DNA of 44,778 nt from Candidatus Taylorbacteria bacterium RIFCSPLOWO2_01_FULL_45_34b (GTDB lineage Bacteria > Patescibacteriota > Minisyncoccia > Phycocordibacterales > DSPV01). The stretch's first letter is position 1; each line of letters starts with the position of its first letter. The DNA lies in contig MHRY01000048.1 of the NCBI GenBank assembly GCA_001822675.1, forward strand, positions 1 through 44,778, written 5' to 3'. Position numbers and translations under genes: made by a program. The notes beneath the pieces are model-generated. The model was not told the origin of the DNA, made no database searches, and saw only the letters and a program-made list of their open reading frames with translations. Below are positions 1 to 9,352 of the stretch, one piece after another.

Positions 1-84
1 GCCTTGCCTCACAGTAATTTAGTAATTTAAAAGCACCAACGCTCTGCTCCCCGGGTAGGATTCGAACCTACGACCAATCGCTTA

Positions 85-690
85 CGTTTTACCCACTGTT
101 ACCAATGGCACGGACTATATCATCTCCTTGTTCTTTGTTTAATTTAGAATGTAGGAGCGAGGCGCTTCCGCTCCGATGTAACATCGGAGAGTACTCCCTT
201 TCGGGATAGTCTCTACACCTTCCCTTAAAAATTTTCTTTAACATGTGAAGGGCTTGGCTCGGGATTGTCCTTCTGGACTCTCATCCAAGAATTTTGTTTT
301 TTTAGGATTTCCCCGAATTCACCTCGTTTTTCAATCCGCCTTTCGGCGGAAAGCTGCGTAATACCACCACTGACCTCTCTATGGCAATTAGCGCAAAGCA
401 AGACACACTTATCTAGCTCTGCTTTTATTTTTATCCAAGCGCGTGTATATCCTTTGTCTCCAATTCCGAAACTTTTCTCCGCTTTGTTGACATGGTGCAA
501 TTCTAACGCACCCGCAAAACGGTTATACCCACACACGTGACACTTACCACCTTTATATTCAATCGCGAGAAGCTTCAACTTTTTCCGCCGTTTTACAACA
601 GCTTTTAACAAAGCGTCTCGTCGGTCAGCATAGGTTCTTGTTTCCCGTTTGGCCATTCTTGTAACCACAATTATATCGAGAAACACGCTC
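85..690 (-). ncRNA. Group I self-splicing intron in the tRNA-Asn anticodon (between positions 35 and 36)
   Basis: The 5' exon ends in U and the intron ends in G (position 85). Minus-strand core-like motifs: GAATTCGGGGAAATCC, GACAATCCCGAGCCAAGC, GAAGGTGTAGAGACTA, GATATAGTCC. Confidence 0.88.
225..656 (-). CDS. Intron-encoded HNH homing endonuclease (about 143 aa)
   Basis: CHVCG...LELHH...KCVLLCANCHRE zinc/HNH signature. The ATG at 656 lies inside the intron; the longer start at 770 would run through the tRNA exon. Confidence 0.85.
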   Translation of the reverse strand: MAKRETRTYADRRDALLKAVVKRRKKLKLLAIEYKGGKCHVCGYNRFAGALELHHVNKAEKSFGIGDKGYTRAWIKIKAELDKCVLLCANCHREVSGGITQLSAERRIEKRGEFGEILKKQNSWMRVQKDNPEPSPSHVKENF

Positions 691-895
691 ACAGGCGACT
701 GCGCTACCGCTGCGCCACCGGGGAGCAGAATTTTGGTGCAAACAATATTTGATATTTCAATGAACATCATTATCCTAACAGAGCCGCTCCGACTTGCAAG
801 AGGTAGGTTTAGACGGGTATAAAAACATTGACCTTTCGTATTAAAGGTCTAGACTTTATATGGAAACATCCATGTAGAAATATCAGACGAAAGAA

Positions 896-1150
896 GTGGT
901 TATGATACCCAAGACTATCATTCGACGGATAGCAACGCGAGTACAAACAACAGCTCTCTATGAAGAAAACGGTTACATTGTAACTGATCTCTTTGTGGGG
1001 TGCGTCATCCTGGCGTTAAGCCACTACCTGCCAGCCGACGCTTCGATTGAAAGCGCGGCAGAAGATGTCAAAGCAGAACTCGCGCGGAGAAAGTGTCAGA
1101 TTTCTCATGCGCCCGGAGGCGATCCCCGCCTCAATGTCTACCAGAACTGA
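896..1150 (+). CDS. Small hypothetical protein (about 82-84 aa)
   Basis: Isolated ORF with an upstream TTGACC promoter-like hexamer and a downstream hairpin plus T-tract (about 1169-1206). No recognisable motif. Confidence 0.55.
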   Translation: MVMIPKTIIRRIATRVQTTALYEENGYIVTDLFVGCVILALSHYLPADASIESAAEDVKAELARRKCQISHAPGGDPRLNVYQN

Positions 1151-1259
1151 CACCACTTCCCACCACAAAAGACCGCCCTTTTGCAAAGATGCTCGGGGTG
1201 GTTTTTATACAAAAACCAACTTTTAGCAAATACCGGCGATAGCAAGTAAATGCTAAAAG

Positions 1260-1288
1260 TTGACTGGACATAAACTTCATGATAGTTT
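1260..1288 (+). promoter_or_regulatory. Sigma70-type promoter of array 1
   Basis: TTGACT, 17 nt, TAGTTT with an extended -10 TG, directly before the first stem-loop unit. Confidence 0.6.
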
Positions 1289-1303
1289 CAAATCGGAGAT
1301 AAA

Positions 1304-2050
1304 TGATGGTTTTGGGAGAGATTGAAGATGAAATGAACATTGGCTTCTACCCAAAACCATCAGCCCAATCCTGGGGCTTCTCGAAGGATGGGACACAAAC
1401 AAAATTTTTACTCGCAAGAGGAAGTGGCGGGGGAAGTACGTTCTAAATTGAATTCATATCTTACCCGCCACTCTTTTTGTGTGAGAGAAGTGGAAGATAC
1501 ATATGTCGAGGTTCCTAACTCACACTTCCCCCTTTCGGCTTCGGAAGCCGAAAGGGGGACTCTTTTTCGGTCGAAGACCGAGCTGCGCGGGAGAGAACCG
1601 TGTTGAATTGACTAAGCAGGTTACCCGCACAGTCCTTTTGACGGCAGAGGTGAAGAAGTGCCGAACTTACATGAATATCTTTTTTATCACCTCGCCACCA
1701 ACATTTTCTTATCCGGGTAAAGATTCTTTTCCCCACTATAAGCTTCTGCAGCTTCGGAAGCTCTCTTGCTCTCTTCATTACCTCACCCGTCGTTCTTTCA
1801 AATCCGTGGAGGTCAGACCTCCACAAAAGACCTCCACAAAAATTTTGAGTCAGCCTCGACTGACTCGAAAGGGTATGGTGAAGAAGGATATTACTCTTGA
1901 TAGCCGCAATTACCATACCCTCTTCTTCAGAAACCGAAACAGCTTTTTGTTTCTGAAGAGGAATTTGGTGGGGGAAAATATGCACTCTTATGAAGTTCTT
2001 GTTAACCCACCTTGCCCCGCTCTCGATAAAATCGGAGTGGGGCTTTTTCT
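1304..2050 (+). ncRNA. TIGR-like stem-loop dual-spacer array 1 (7 units)
   Basis: Units at 1304-1362, 1423-1472, 1479-1525, 1582-1633, 1643-1696, 1870-1921 and 1967-2011. Each is a GC-rich stem closing a 32-34 nt loop of the form RGA-N9-(TYA-like)-N2/3-TGA-N9-TYA, separated by plain hairpins. Confidence 0.75.
2014..2050 (+). terminator. Intrinsic terminator of array 1
   Basis: GCCCCGCTC...GAGTGGGGC hairpin followed by TTTTTCT. Confidence 0.75.
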
Positions 2051-2247
2051 TTTCCTTACTCTTAAACCTCTAAGCGAGAATTTTCTTTTATAAAACATTG
2101 CGCAGTCCTGCTTGGCGAGACGAGCATAGCAAATTTCAGCAGAAATTATGCGTGTTTTATAAAAGAGTAATTCGAGCGGCCATCCTTTTCCATATCTAAA
2201 ATTTTGTGCGATAATAATGGTGTGAATCTTTTTGGAAAAATCCGCAC

Positions 2248-3360
2248 ATGAACAACACTCACCCCCAAACTAATAATCCGGAACCTCAAAAAACTGGCAT
2301 CAAGGCATTCTTTCGTAAATACGAACGGCACGCGTCGTGGATCGCTTTCATTGCCGGTTTTACTTCGGACAACTTGATGCTTCGCCGGATTGATCTTCTT
2401 GTAGATCAACTATTGCTCTTTTCATACCTTCTCGTCGCTGGCGCCGGCATCATTCTCTACAACAAACTGGACAGTTCAAAGCCGCGCTCCCGTTTTACCA
2501 ACTGGATTCCCTTTTTCATCCAGTTTGCTTTCGGCGCCCTATTCAGCGGCTTTTTTGTTTTCTACTCGCGATCAGCGTCGCTTGTCGCCAGTTGGCCGTT
2601 CGTACTCTTTCTCCTCACCATGCTTTTCGGAAACGAACATTTACGCCATCATTATTCCCGTTTGACACTCCAACTTTCAATATATTTCATCGTCGCTTTT
2701 TCTTTCTCCATCTTCATGGTTCCAACGCTCACGCACAGTATGGGACCGGTTATTTTTGTCATAAGCGGCCTTGTGAGCCTTCTTATCATCAGAGTGATGA
2801 TGCGGATTCTCCGCGCCGTGGCACCGGATAATTACATGAAAGGTCGCGCTTTTTCTATTTTTTGGATTATTGTGATTTACGCGACCTTCAATATTCTTTA
2901 TTTCAAAAATATCATTCCGCCGATTCCCCTCTCGCTTAAAGACATCGGTATCTACCATAATATTGAAAAAAGTCCGGACGGAAATTACACACTAACCTAC
3001 GAACACCGGCCATGGTATGACCTTAAAAACCGCTTTACGCACACCTTCCATTACGAAAAAGGCGAGACGGTCTACGCGTACAGCGCCATCTTTGCGCCGA
3101 CCAAACTAAACACTGTTGTACTTCACAAGTGGTCGTACTTCGATGAAACAAGGAAGGTCTGGGTGGAGACGAACAGCGTGGCTTTCCCCATTGTTGGCGG
3201 CGCTGACGGCGGCTACCGAGGCTACACAATCAAAACAAATATCCAGCCCGGGAAATGGCGAGTCGATGTTACGACCGCGCGCGACCAACTTCTCGGCCGA
3301 ATACAATTTACTGTCGCATCTGCCGAAAAAGCGCCAGAACTTCTGACAAAAGTGCGTTAA
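2248..3360 (+). CDS. DUF2914-domain membrane protein
   Basis: Several N-terminal TM helices; C-terminal VYAYSAIFAP...HKW...GGYRGYTIK...PGKWRVDV pattern typical of DUF2914. Confidence 0.75.
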   Translation: MNNTHPQTNNPEPQKTGIKAFFRKYERHASWIAFIAGFTSDNLMLRRIDLLVDQLLLFSYLLVAGAGIILYNKLDSSKPRSRFTNWIPFFIQFAFGALFSGFFVFYSRSASLVASWPFVLFLLTMLFGNEHLRHHYSRLTLQLSIYFIVAFSFSIFMVPTLTHSMGPVIFVISGLVSLLIIRVMMRILRAVAPDNYMKGRAFSIFWIIVIYATFNILYFKNIIPPIPLSLKDIGIYHNIEKSPDGNYTLTYEHRPWYDLKNRFTHTFHYEKGETVYAYSAIFAPTKLNTVVLHKWSYFDETRKVWVETNSVAFPIVGGADGGYRGYTIKTNIQPGKWRVDVTTARDQLLGRIQFTVASAEKAPELLTKVR

Positions 3361-3375
3361 AAAGTTTTACCTCCA

Positions 3376-3969
3376 ATGTCGCTTGAAGCCATCATCGCCC
3401 TTTTGACCACTTATAAATATCTTTTACTTTTTCCAATTGTCGTCGTTGAAGGACCAATTATTACTGTCATCGCCGGATTTTTATCCTCGCTCGGCCAACT
3501 AAATTTTTTCATATCGTACGCGATCGCCGTTGTTGGTGATGTAGTGGGAGACTGCATCTACTACGCACTCGGTTTTTATGGCAGACAGAAATTTATTGAA
3601 CGATGGGGGCGTTTTCTTGGTATCACCCTCGAGCGGGTAGAGAAAATGGACAAGCATTTTGAAAAACATAGCGGCAAAACGCTCATTATCGGGAAATTGT
3701 CGCATGCTGTGGGCTCGCTTGTCCTCGTAGCGGCAGGCATGGCCAAAGTGCCATTTTGGAAATTTGTTTGGTATAACTTTATTGCCACCTTGCCGAAATC
3801 TTTGATCCTCCTTCTCATCGGCTTTTATTTCGGAGAAACATATGCCAAAATCAACACTTATCTTGATTACACCGCTATCATCTCAACAGTCTTGGCTGTC
3901 CTCTCTGTTATTATTTATTTTGCGGTCAAAAAAATCAGTCAAAAGTATGGAGAAGCAGATGCCGATTAA
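3376..3969 (+). CDS. DedA/VTT family membrane protein
   Basis: VEGP motif, GDCIYYALGFYGR, hydrophobic profile and AGMAKVPFWKF are characteristic of DedA. Confidence 0.85.
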   Translation: MSLEAIIALLTTYKYLLLFPIVVVEGPIITVIAGFLSSLGQLNFFISYAIAVVGDVVGDCIYYALGFYGRQKFIERWGRFLGITLERVEKMDKHFEKHSGKTLIIGKLSHAVGSLVLVAAGMAKVPFWKFVWYNFIATLPKSLILLLIGFYFGETYAKINTYLDYTAIISTVLAVLSVIIYFAVKKISQKYGEADAD

Positions 3970-3980
3970 CGTAAACTGAT

Positions 3981-5147
3981 ATGAAAATACTTTTCGTAAG
4001 CGACATGAATATAGAATTTGTCTGTGGCTCTACTTACTTTTGCAAGAGACTAGCGACCTTGTTACAAAAGAGGGGTCACGAGGTGGCCTTTATGTGCCCC
4101 TCTGGAAAATCTCAATATAAATCCTGCGCTCGCTATACTTTTGACGGTTTCACTGTCTTTGGCGTCAGGTCAATTCCGTCTCTGGTACAAAAAACTCTAC
4201 GGGTAACACTTCCTTTAGGAATCAAAAAGGGCCTCACTGAAACCCTTGAAAATTATAAACCGGATATTATACACGTCCAATCTCACGGCCCTCTGCCGTG
4301 GACAGTCATAAAAATCGCCAAACGCATGCGGATTCCGGTAGTCGGCACAAACCATTTCGTTCCCGATAACGTGGTTCATGTTTTTGGCCTACCGAAACCC
4401 ATACTGGCTCTTTTCATATGGCTCGAATGGAAACATCTCCATTTTGTCTTCAAGCGACTAGATCATATTACAACCCCCACAGACACGGCGGCGCGATTGC
4501 TTAGAGAATCTGGTTTTGAAAAAACGGTACGAGTTGTTTCGAACGGCGTTGATCTCACCACATTCAATAAAAATAATCGCGGGGAACACCTCAAAGAGAG
4601 ATACCATCTCCCGCAAAAACCAATACTCCTTTTCGTGGGACGGCTTGACCCAGAAAAGAAACTTGAAGTTCTTCTCAATGCCCTGCCAATAGCGCTTCGA
4701 GATGTGGACATGCACACCGTTATTGTCGGTAGAGGCAATCGCGGATCACAACTTAAAGCGATGGCGGAAAGCCTCGGTATTGCTGATCATGTTACTTTTA
4801 CCGGATTTCTGGCGGACGAAGATCTTCCCAGTATGTATATGATCGCGGATTGTTTCGTTATGCCAGGAAATGCTGAACTCCAAAGTATCGCGACCATGGA
4901 AGCCATGGCTTCCGGTCTGCCGATCATCGCCGCGCGAGCAATGGCCTTGCCAGAACTAGTTCATGACGGCGAAAATGGCTACCTTTTTTCTGAAGGTGAT
5001 CACCAGAATCTCGCGGAAAAAATTGTGGCACTGCTTAAAGATAGAAAGCTCGGCGCGGAGATGTCAAAAAAGAGTTTGGAAATCGTAAGCGAACACGACA
5101 TCGGCAAAACTGTGGAAAAATTTGAATCGCTGTATCGTGAGGCGTAA
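3981..5147 (+). CDS. Glycosyltransferase family 4 (GT-B)
   Basis: KPDIIHVQ, LFVGRLDPEK and ELQSIATMEAMASGLPII (EX7E) motifs. Confidence 0.9.
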   Translation: MKILFVSDMNIEFVCGSTYFCKRLATLLQKRGHEVAFMCPSGKSQYKSCARYTFDGFTVFGVRSIPSLVQKTLRVTLPLGIKKGLTETLENYKPDIIHVQSHGPLPWTVIKIAKRMRIPVVGTNHFVPDNVVHVFGLPKPILALFIWLEWKHLHFVFKRLDHITTPTDTAARLLRESGFEKTVRVVSNGVDLTTFNKNNRGEHLKERYHLPQKPILLFVGRLDPEKKLEVLLNALPIALRDVDMHTVIVGRGNRGSQLKAMAESLGIADHVTFTGFLADEDLPSMYMIADCFVMPGNAELQSIATMEAMASGLPIIAARAMALPELVHDGENGYLFSEGDHQNLAEKIVALLKDRKLGAEMSKKSLEIVSEHDIGKTVEKFESLYREA

Positions 5148-5150
5148 GAT

Positions 5151-5178
5151 GAAAAATCCCCCGAAAGGGGGATTTTTC
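5151..5178. terminator. Bidirectional terminator between convergent genes
   Basis: GAAAAATCCCCC-GAAA-GGGGGATTTTTC. Confidence 0.75.
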
Positions 5179-5202
5179 AAAGGACAAAAATGAAACCCAA
5201 AA

Positions 5203-5436
5203 TTATTGCATGCCACCAGCTGGAGCGGCCATACCCTTGTCGCAATTCTTGCAGATGTTCTTGTGATTAACGAGCTCGTAGACAGCGGCCGCGCCAACCA
5301 AAATATAGACAATCCTTGAAAGCCACGAACTTGGTCCGCCCAAAATGTCTCCGATTCCCCAAACAAACAACCCCTCTAGAAGCCAATTAAGACCTCCAAT
5401 AATAAGGAGGACGAATGAAATTTTATGCAAATTCAT
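5203..5436 (-). CDS. DUF378 small membrane protein
   Basis: LLIIGGLNWLL...SRIVYILVGAAAVY matches the DUF378 pattern. Confidence 0.8.
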   Translation of the reverse strand: MNLHKISFVLLIIGGLNWLLEGLFVWGIGDILGGPSSWLSRIVYILVGAAAVYELVNHKNICKNCDKGMAAPAGGMQ

Positions 5437-5580
5437 ATATTTAGTTAATAAAAAATTAATAAACTACTACTTTAAAGTATAGCACTCATTAAGACAGAGA
5501 TGCTAGGGAGAAATACACAGATGAAAAAGAGCCCTGATGAGGGCTGTTTTTGGCATTAAGCCGGCACATTTTGGTTATAT

Positions 5581-5925
5581 TTAAGAAATCCTAACTTGAT
5601 TTACACGGAAAGCCTCTGTACCACGCCAGTTCTTGACAATGTCGCTTACGAGAAAAAGTCCAATCGAAAAAAGAGCGATACTGATAAGTTGGAGAGGCAC
5701 TTCTGCGTGCGCGAAGGCGGAAACAGCGAATTGATAGAGTGGAAAAGGATCCGCCACCTTTGGAATATTAAAAAAAACGTTTCGGAAAGAGACAAAAGCG
5801 GTAGTTGAAAGAAAAAGCACCATAAACAGGAAAAACCGGAGCGCGGTCGGGCGCATAAGCAGTTTCACCGCGTAGATGAAGTAGACCCGTCGCATTATTC
5901 TATTTTTCATGTTGAGTGAATTCAT
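5581..5925 (-). CDS. Membrane protein downstream of the ECF sigma factor (possible anti-sigma factor)
   Basis: Two hydrophobic segments; lies 10 nt downstream of the sigma gene on the same strand. Confidence 0.6.
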   Translation of the reverse strand: MNSLNMKNRIMRRVYFIYAVKLLMRPTALRFFLFMVLFLSTTAFVSFRNVFFNIPKVADPFPLYQFAVSAFAHAEVPLQLISIALFSIGLFLVSDIVKNWRGTEAFRVNQVRIS

Positions 5926-5935
5926 TTTTTTGTTT

Positions 5936-6535
5936 TTATGAAATCATTTTTAAACTAATTTTTTTAAACTCTTTTTTAGCGCGATGCACGCGAGTCCGAA
6001 GCGCGCCAAGTGAAAGTCCGAGTTTCGAAGCCACTTGCTCTTGCGTCTTGCCTTCTATCAAAGTGGGCAGAAGGACTTCTCGAAACGCATTCGGTAATTT
6101 TGAAAGTACCGACAACGCCTCGTCGAGAAGCAAACCTTCTTCGACGGCATTCGCTTTGGGGTCAGCGATGGCTTCATAAAACTCTGGGTCGAGATCCGCC
6201 GTAAACTGCCGGTCTCGCTTTTTCTTTTTCAAACTGGAGAAGCAGGTGTTAAGCAAAATCTTGTAGCCCCACGATTTGAACGACGCGCCTTCTTGAACCT
6301 TGAAACGGGCGGCATTCAAATAAATTTTCACAAACGCTTCTTGCACCGCGTCCTCTGCATCGTCATCGGACCCGCCAAAAAGAAACTTTGCTTTGCGGAG
6401 AAAGGCTTCTTGGTAACGATCCACAATCTGTGAAAATACGCTTGGCGTTTTGACTGAAAGAGCTAAAAGTTCTTCGTCTTTTCTCGTATCAACGACGTCA
6501 TTGTTTGTTGCTGTTGTCTGATGTTCGTCTCCCAT
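5936..6535 (-). CDS. ECF-type RNA polymerase sigma factor
   Basis: Region 2 DAEDAVQEAFVKIY...FKSWGYKILLN; region 4 EVASKLGLSLGALRTRVHRAKK. Confidence 0.9.
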   Translation of the reverse strand: MGDEHQTTATNNDVVDTRKDEELLALSVKTPSVFSQIVDRYQEAFLRKAKFLFGGSDDDAEDAVQEAFVKIYLNAARFKVQEGASFKSWGYKILLNTCFSSLKKKKRDRQFTADLDPEFYEAIADPKANAVEEGLLLDEALSVLSKLPNAFREVLLPTLIEGKTQEQVASKLGLSLGALRTRVHRAKKEFKKISLKMIS

Positions 6536-6729
6536 GGTTTTTGGCTTTATGGGAGAGGGTTTTAGGCTCCTCTCCCCTTTGCCCTTATTGTAACCGACCT
6601 TTCTCGCTTATTGAAACTCCGGCTAGAAAAATATGTTACAGATGTTTCAACACAATACCATTTTTAAACTAAAAGCACAATACTCTTGACTTCTGATAAT
6701 TTTTGGTGAATTATGATTGGAGAAGATTT

Positions 6730-7174
6730 GCTTTGGGAGATGAAGTTACTTATTTGAATAGTGTTGTCACCCAAAGCCGTTTGCCCCCGCCCTCGAGCAG
6801 ACTCGGGGTGGGGCAAACAAAATTTTTCCTCGCAAGAGGAGGTGGCGGGGGAAGTATCCTGTCAACTTGAAATCCATCCTCACCCACCACCACTTTGATG
6901 TGACGAAAGGCTGTGCTAGCTGAATACAACGTCTTCACATCGAGCCCTGTCTGCCATTGGGCGGACAGGGGTTCTTTTTCTTCGTCCTGAAGCTTCCGAG
7001 GCTCTTTTCTTTTAGAAGTCTGACTTCGAAAATCTTGGAAGTCAGACTTCTAAGAAACCAGAACCCTTTCTTGTTTCTGGAAAGGAATTTTTGTGGGAGA
7101 ATATTGTGCTCAAACTGATGAGTGCGCTTACCCATCTCGCCCCGTCCCGAGTCTTCTCGGGACGGGGCTTTTTT
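6730..7174 (+). ncRNA. TIGR-like stem-loop dual-spacer array 2 (4 units plus terminator)
   Basis: Units at 6730-6777, 6841-6891, 6897-6941 and 7093-7135, for example GGA-AGTATCCTG-TCA-ACT-TGA-AATCCATCC-TCA. The scaffold is homologous to array 1. Terminator at 7139-7174; upstream TTGACT at 6686. Confidence 0.75.
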
Positions 7175-7346
7175 ATTTTATTTCTTTTCCAATTGTTTTT
7201 TATGACCTATATACTTAGCTTAAGCATACATCTATTTTAAGCGGTCGCTTAAAATAGATGTATGCCACTTTTTTATAAAACCACGTTTAATCAATTAAAA
7301 AAAGCAGTCCGAGTAACCAGACTGCTTTTCGAAAACTAAACCTAAA

Positions 7347-9134
7347 CTACACTCCCCTTTTGTCCATATACTCCTGCCACAATGTGGCCAGTTTAGGACA
7401 AGACCGGAGCAACTCGGCAAGCGTGCCAGATCCAATAATCCTTCCCTTTTCGAATACGTAAATACAATCGAAAAGTGCTAAAAGATGGAGCCGGTGAACC
7501 GAGGAGATGATGACCTTGCCTTCGAACCCTCTAAAGATGTTTCGGTAGATCTGCATCTCTGTTTTCATATCGACACTGCTCGTCGGCTCATCGAGAAGGA
7601 CGATGTCCTTGTCGTGGCATGTGAGCAGTCCACGTGAGAGCGCGAGACGTTGTTGCTGGCCCCCGCTCAAATTCACTCCCCGCTCTCTGATTGAGGAGTC
7701 AAACTTTTTTGGAAGCTTTTCGACGACATCAGTAAAACATGCCATATCGGTAAACCGCCGTATGAATGCCATGTCATAATCAGCACCGATTGTAATATTG
7801 TCCCTAATCGTCGTTGCGAAGATTTCTGGACTTTGCGGCACCAGCGCGATCGCTCGCGCGATACCTCTAAACCCTTCTTTAATTTCCTTACCGTCCACAA
7901 AGAGATTTCCTCTTCGAGGATGATAGAGATCTCGTATGAGTTTGAGTAGCGTCGTCTTGCCGTCGCCACTGTCCCCAACGAAAGCAATTTTTGCCCCGCG
8001 AGTGATAGAGAGCGAAATGTCAGTTAAATGCTGATCCCCGCTTCTATCGCTGTGGTACGAGAAATCTAAACCTTTTACCTCAAATGTTTTCCAACCAGAA
8101 GGAAGAACATGGTTTGTGAAGCTTTCGGGCTTGAAATCTTTTGCCAACTCCTCGGCATTCATCACCTTCGATTTATGTTGGAGAATCTCGCCATACATTT
8201 CTGTGAAGCGGAAAAATAACTGGCTAATTTTGTTTAGATACTGGATGAGAAGATAAACACTGCCCACGAGTACCCCTTGTGTTGTTCCCAAGTGTTGCCA
8301 GAAATAGATGCCCAAAACGAGCACCGTCATGACGTTACAACACATGTTGGTCAGAAACCATTTGAACTCATCGAGACGAATGTTCACCCGAAAGAGCTCG
8401 AGCGGCTTCTCAAGTTTGTGGACAATGGCTTTGAAGATCCGTTGCTCCACGCGCAAGATGATGACCGTCATGATGTTAGTAATCGAATCAAGCACTTTTT
8501 CTGAAATTTTATTTTCAGCGTGGTTGAGCTCCTTGTATTGACCTAACAGCACCCGATCGAATCGCATCGTTATCCATACCGTAACAAGAATCATGGCCGT
8601 GACAATAATCGCGGCTGGGGAACTGAAATAGACAAGCATCGCGAAGCTCCCGACAAGTTCTACAAAACAGTAGATGATCGTGAATGTGCCTTCCGAGAAG
8701 CGATATAAAGCACCCGCGCCTTTTTCCACTTTGTCATTGGTATCGCCCGAATGATGATCAACGTGCCATTCAACCGGCAGTGTCATGATGCCTTTAAGCA
8801 GATACTTTCGGTAATTGATCCGCGCCTTGAATGCGTTCATACGCTCCAAGATCCGCGCCGGACCGTGAAAAGACCAGAACACAAGATCAGTCACAAAGGT
8901 GAGGACGAGAAGTCCAAAAAGCGTTTTGAGACTACTGGCCATAATTCCCTGCTTCTGAATAACATCCATGATGTTCGCCCAGAGGATTGGTAAACAGAAA
9001 AGATCGATGAGACGGGCGACGATAAACATGACCACGAACCAGCCGATTTTTTTCCGATTACCCACCGAATACTCCCACATTTTAGCGAACAGGTAGAACA
9101 GCGGATTGCGCTTCTCTTTTTCATTAACTGGCAT
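7347..9134 (-). CDS. ABC exporter, fused permease and ATPase (MsbA/multidrug type)
   Basis: N-terminal TM domain; Walker A GDSGDGKTT; signature LSGGQQQR; Walker B VLLDEPTS; H-loop. Confidence 0.92.
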   Translation of the reverse strand: MPVNEKEKRNPLFYLFAKMWEYSVGNRKKIGWFVVMFIVARLIDLFCLPILWANIMDVIQKQGIMASSLKTLFGLLVLTFVTDLVFWSFHGPARILERMNAFKARINYRKYLLKGIMTLPVEWHVDHHSGDTNDKVEKGAGALYRFSEGTFTIIYCFVELVGSFAMLVYFSSPAAIIVTAMILVTVWITMRFDRVLLGQYKELNHAENKISEKVLDSITNIMTVIILRVEQRIFKAIVHKLEKPLELFRVNIRLDEFKWFLTNMCCNVMTVLVLGIYFWQHLGTTQGVLVGSVYLLIQYLNKISQLFFRFTEMYGEILQHKSKVMNAEELAKDFKPESFTNHVLPSGWKTFEVKGLDFSYHSDRSGDQHLTDISLSITRGAKIAFVGDSGDGKTTLLKLIRDLYHPRRGNLFVDGKEIKEGFRGIARAIALVPQSPEIFATTIRDNITIGADYDMAFIRRFTDMACFTDVVEKLPKKFDSSIRERGVNLSGGQQQRLALSRGLLTCHDKDIVLLDEPTSSVDMKTEMQIYRNIFRGFEGKVIISSVHRLHLLALFDCIYVFEKGRIIGSGTLAELLRSCPKLATLWQEYMDKRGV

Positions 9135-9180
9135 ACGGACTCCTTCTTTTCAGGGTTGTAGTTTAATTTGTGAAAGAACC

Positions 9181-9216
9181 AAAAAAACTAAAAACACCGC
9201 TTTTACGCGGTGTTTT
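9181..9216 (-). terminator. Attenuator-type terminator in the ABC exporter leader
   Basis: Minus-strand AAAACACCGC-GTAAAA-GCGGTGTTTTT followed by a T-run, between the uORF and the ABC start codon. Confidence 0.7.
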
Positions 9217-9236
9217 AGATATTCAAACAAAATAGT

Positions 9237-9320
9237 TTAAATATACGGAACACAGCGTAACAAGACCTGCTTTGGAGCAAGGTTTGGCTTACTATTTGGT
9301 TTTGGGGGTGTATTTATCAT
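9237..9320 (-). CDS. Putative leader peptide MINTPPKPNSKPNLAPKQVLLRCVPYI (27 aa)
   Basis: ATG at 9320 lies just after a TTGACT-17-TAGTCT promoter (9358-9330); stop at 9237 is just before the terminator. Confidence 0.55.
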   Translation of the reverse strand: MINTPPKPNSKPNLAPKQVLLRCVPYI

Positions 9321-9352
9321 TACAAACACAGACTAATTCGGGTTGATGAAAA

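Larger units (their letters stand above)
47..724 (-). tRNA. tRNA-Asn(GTT), split by a group I intron (5' exon 691-724, 3' exon 47-84)
   Basis: Minus-strand 5' exon TCCCCGGTGGCGCAGCGGTAGCGCAGTCGCCTGT joined to 3' exon TAAGCGATTGGTCGTAGGTTCGAATCCTACCCGGGGAG gives a full cloverleaf: acceptor TCCCCGG/CCGGGGA, anticodon loop CT-GTT-AA, T-loop GGTTCGAATCC. No encoded CCA. Confidence 0.93.

Noticed and set aside
657..770. N-terminal extension of the HNH ORF (start at 770)
   Set aside because: It runs through the tRNA 5' exon; the ATG at 656 inside the intron is more plausible.
1304..2050. CRISPR array interpretation of the stem-loop arrays
   Set aside because: There are no identical direct repeats, the variable parts are paired 9-mers inside loops rather than spacers of about 30 nt, and no cas genes are present.
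1340..2093. ORFs 1340-1606, 1503-2093 and 1515-1985, and likewise 6750-6938, 6935-7135 and 11678-11989
   Set aside because: They overlap the structured arrays. The shared peptide SFKSVEVRP only reflects nucleotide scaffold homology, and ORF boundaries are not conserved between the arrays.
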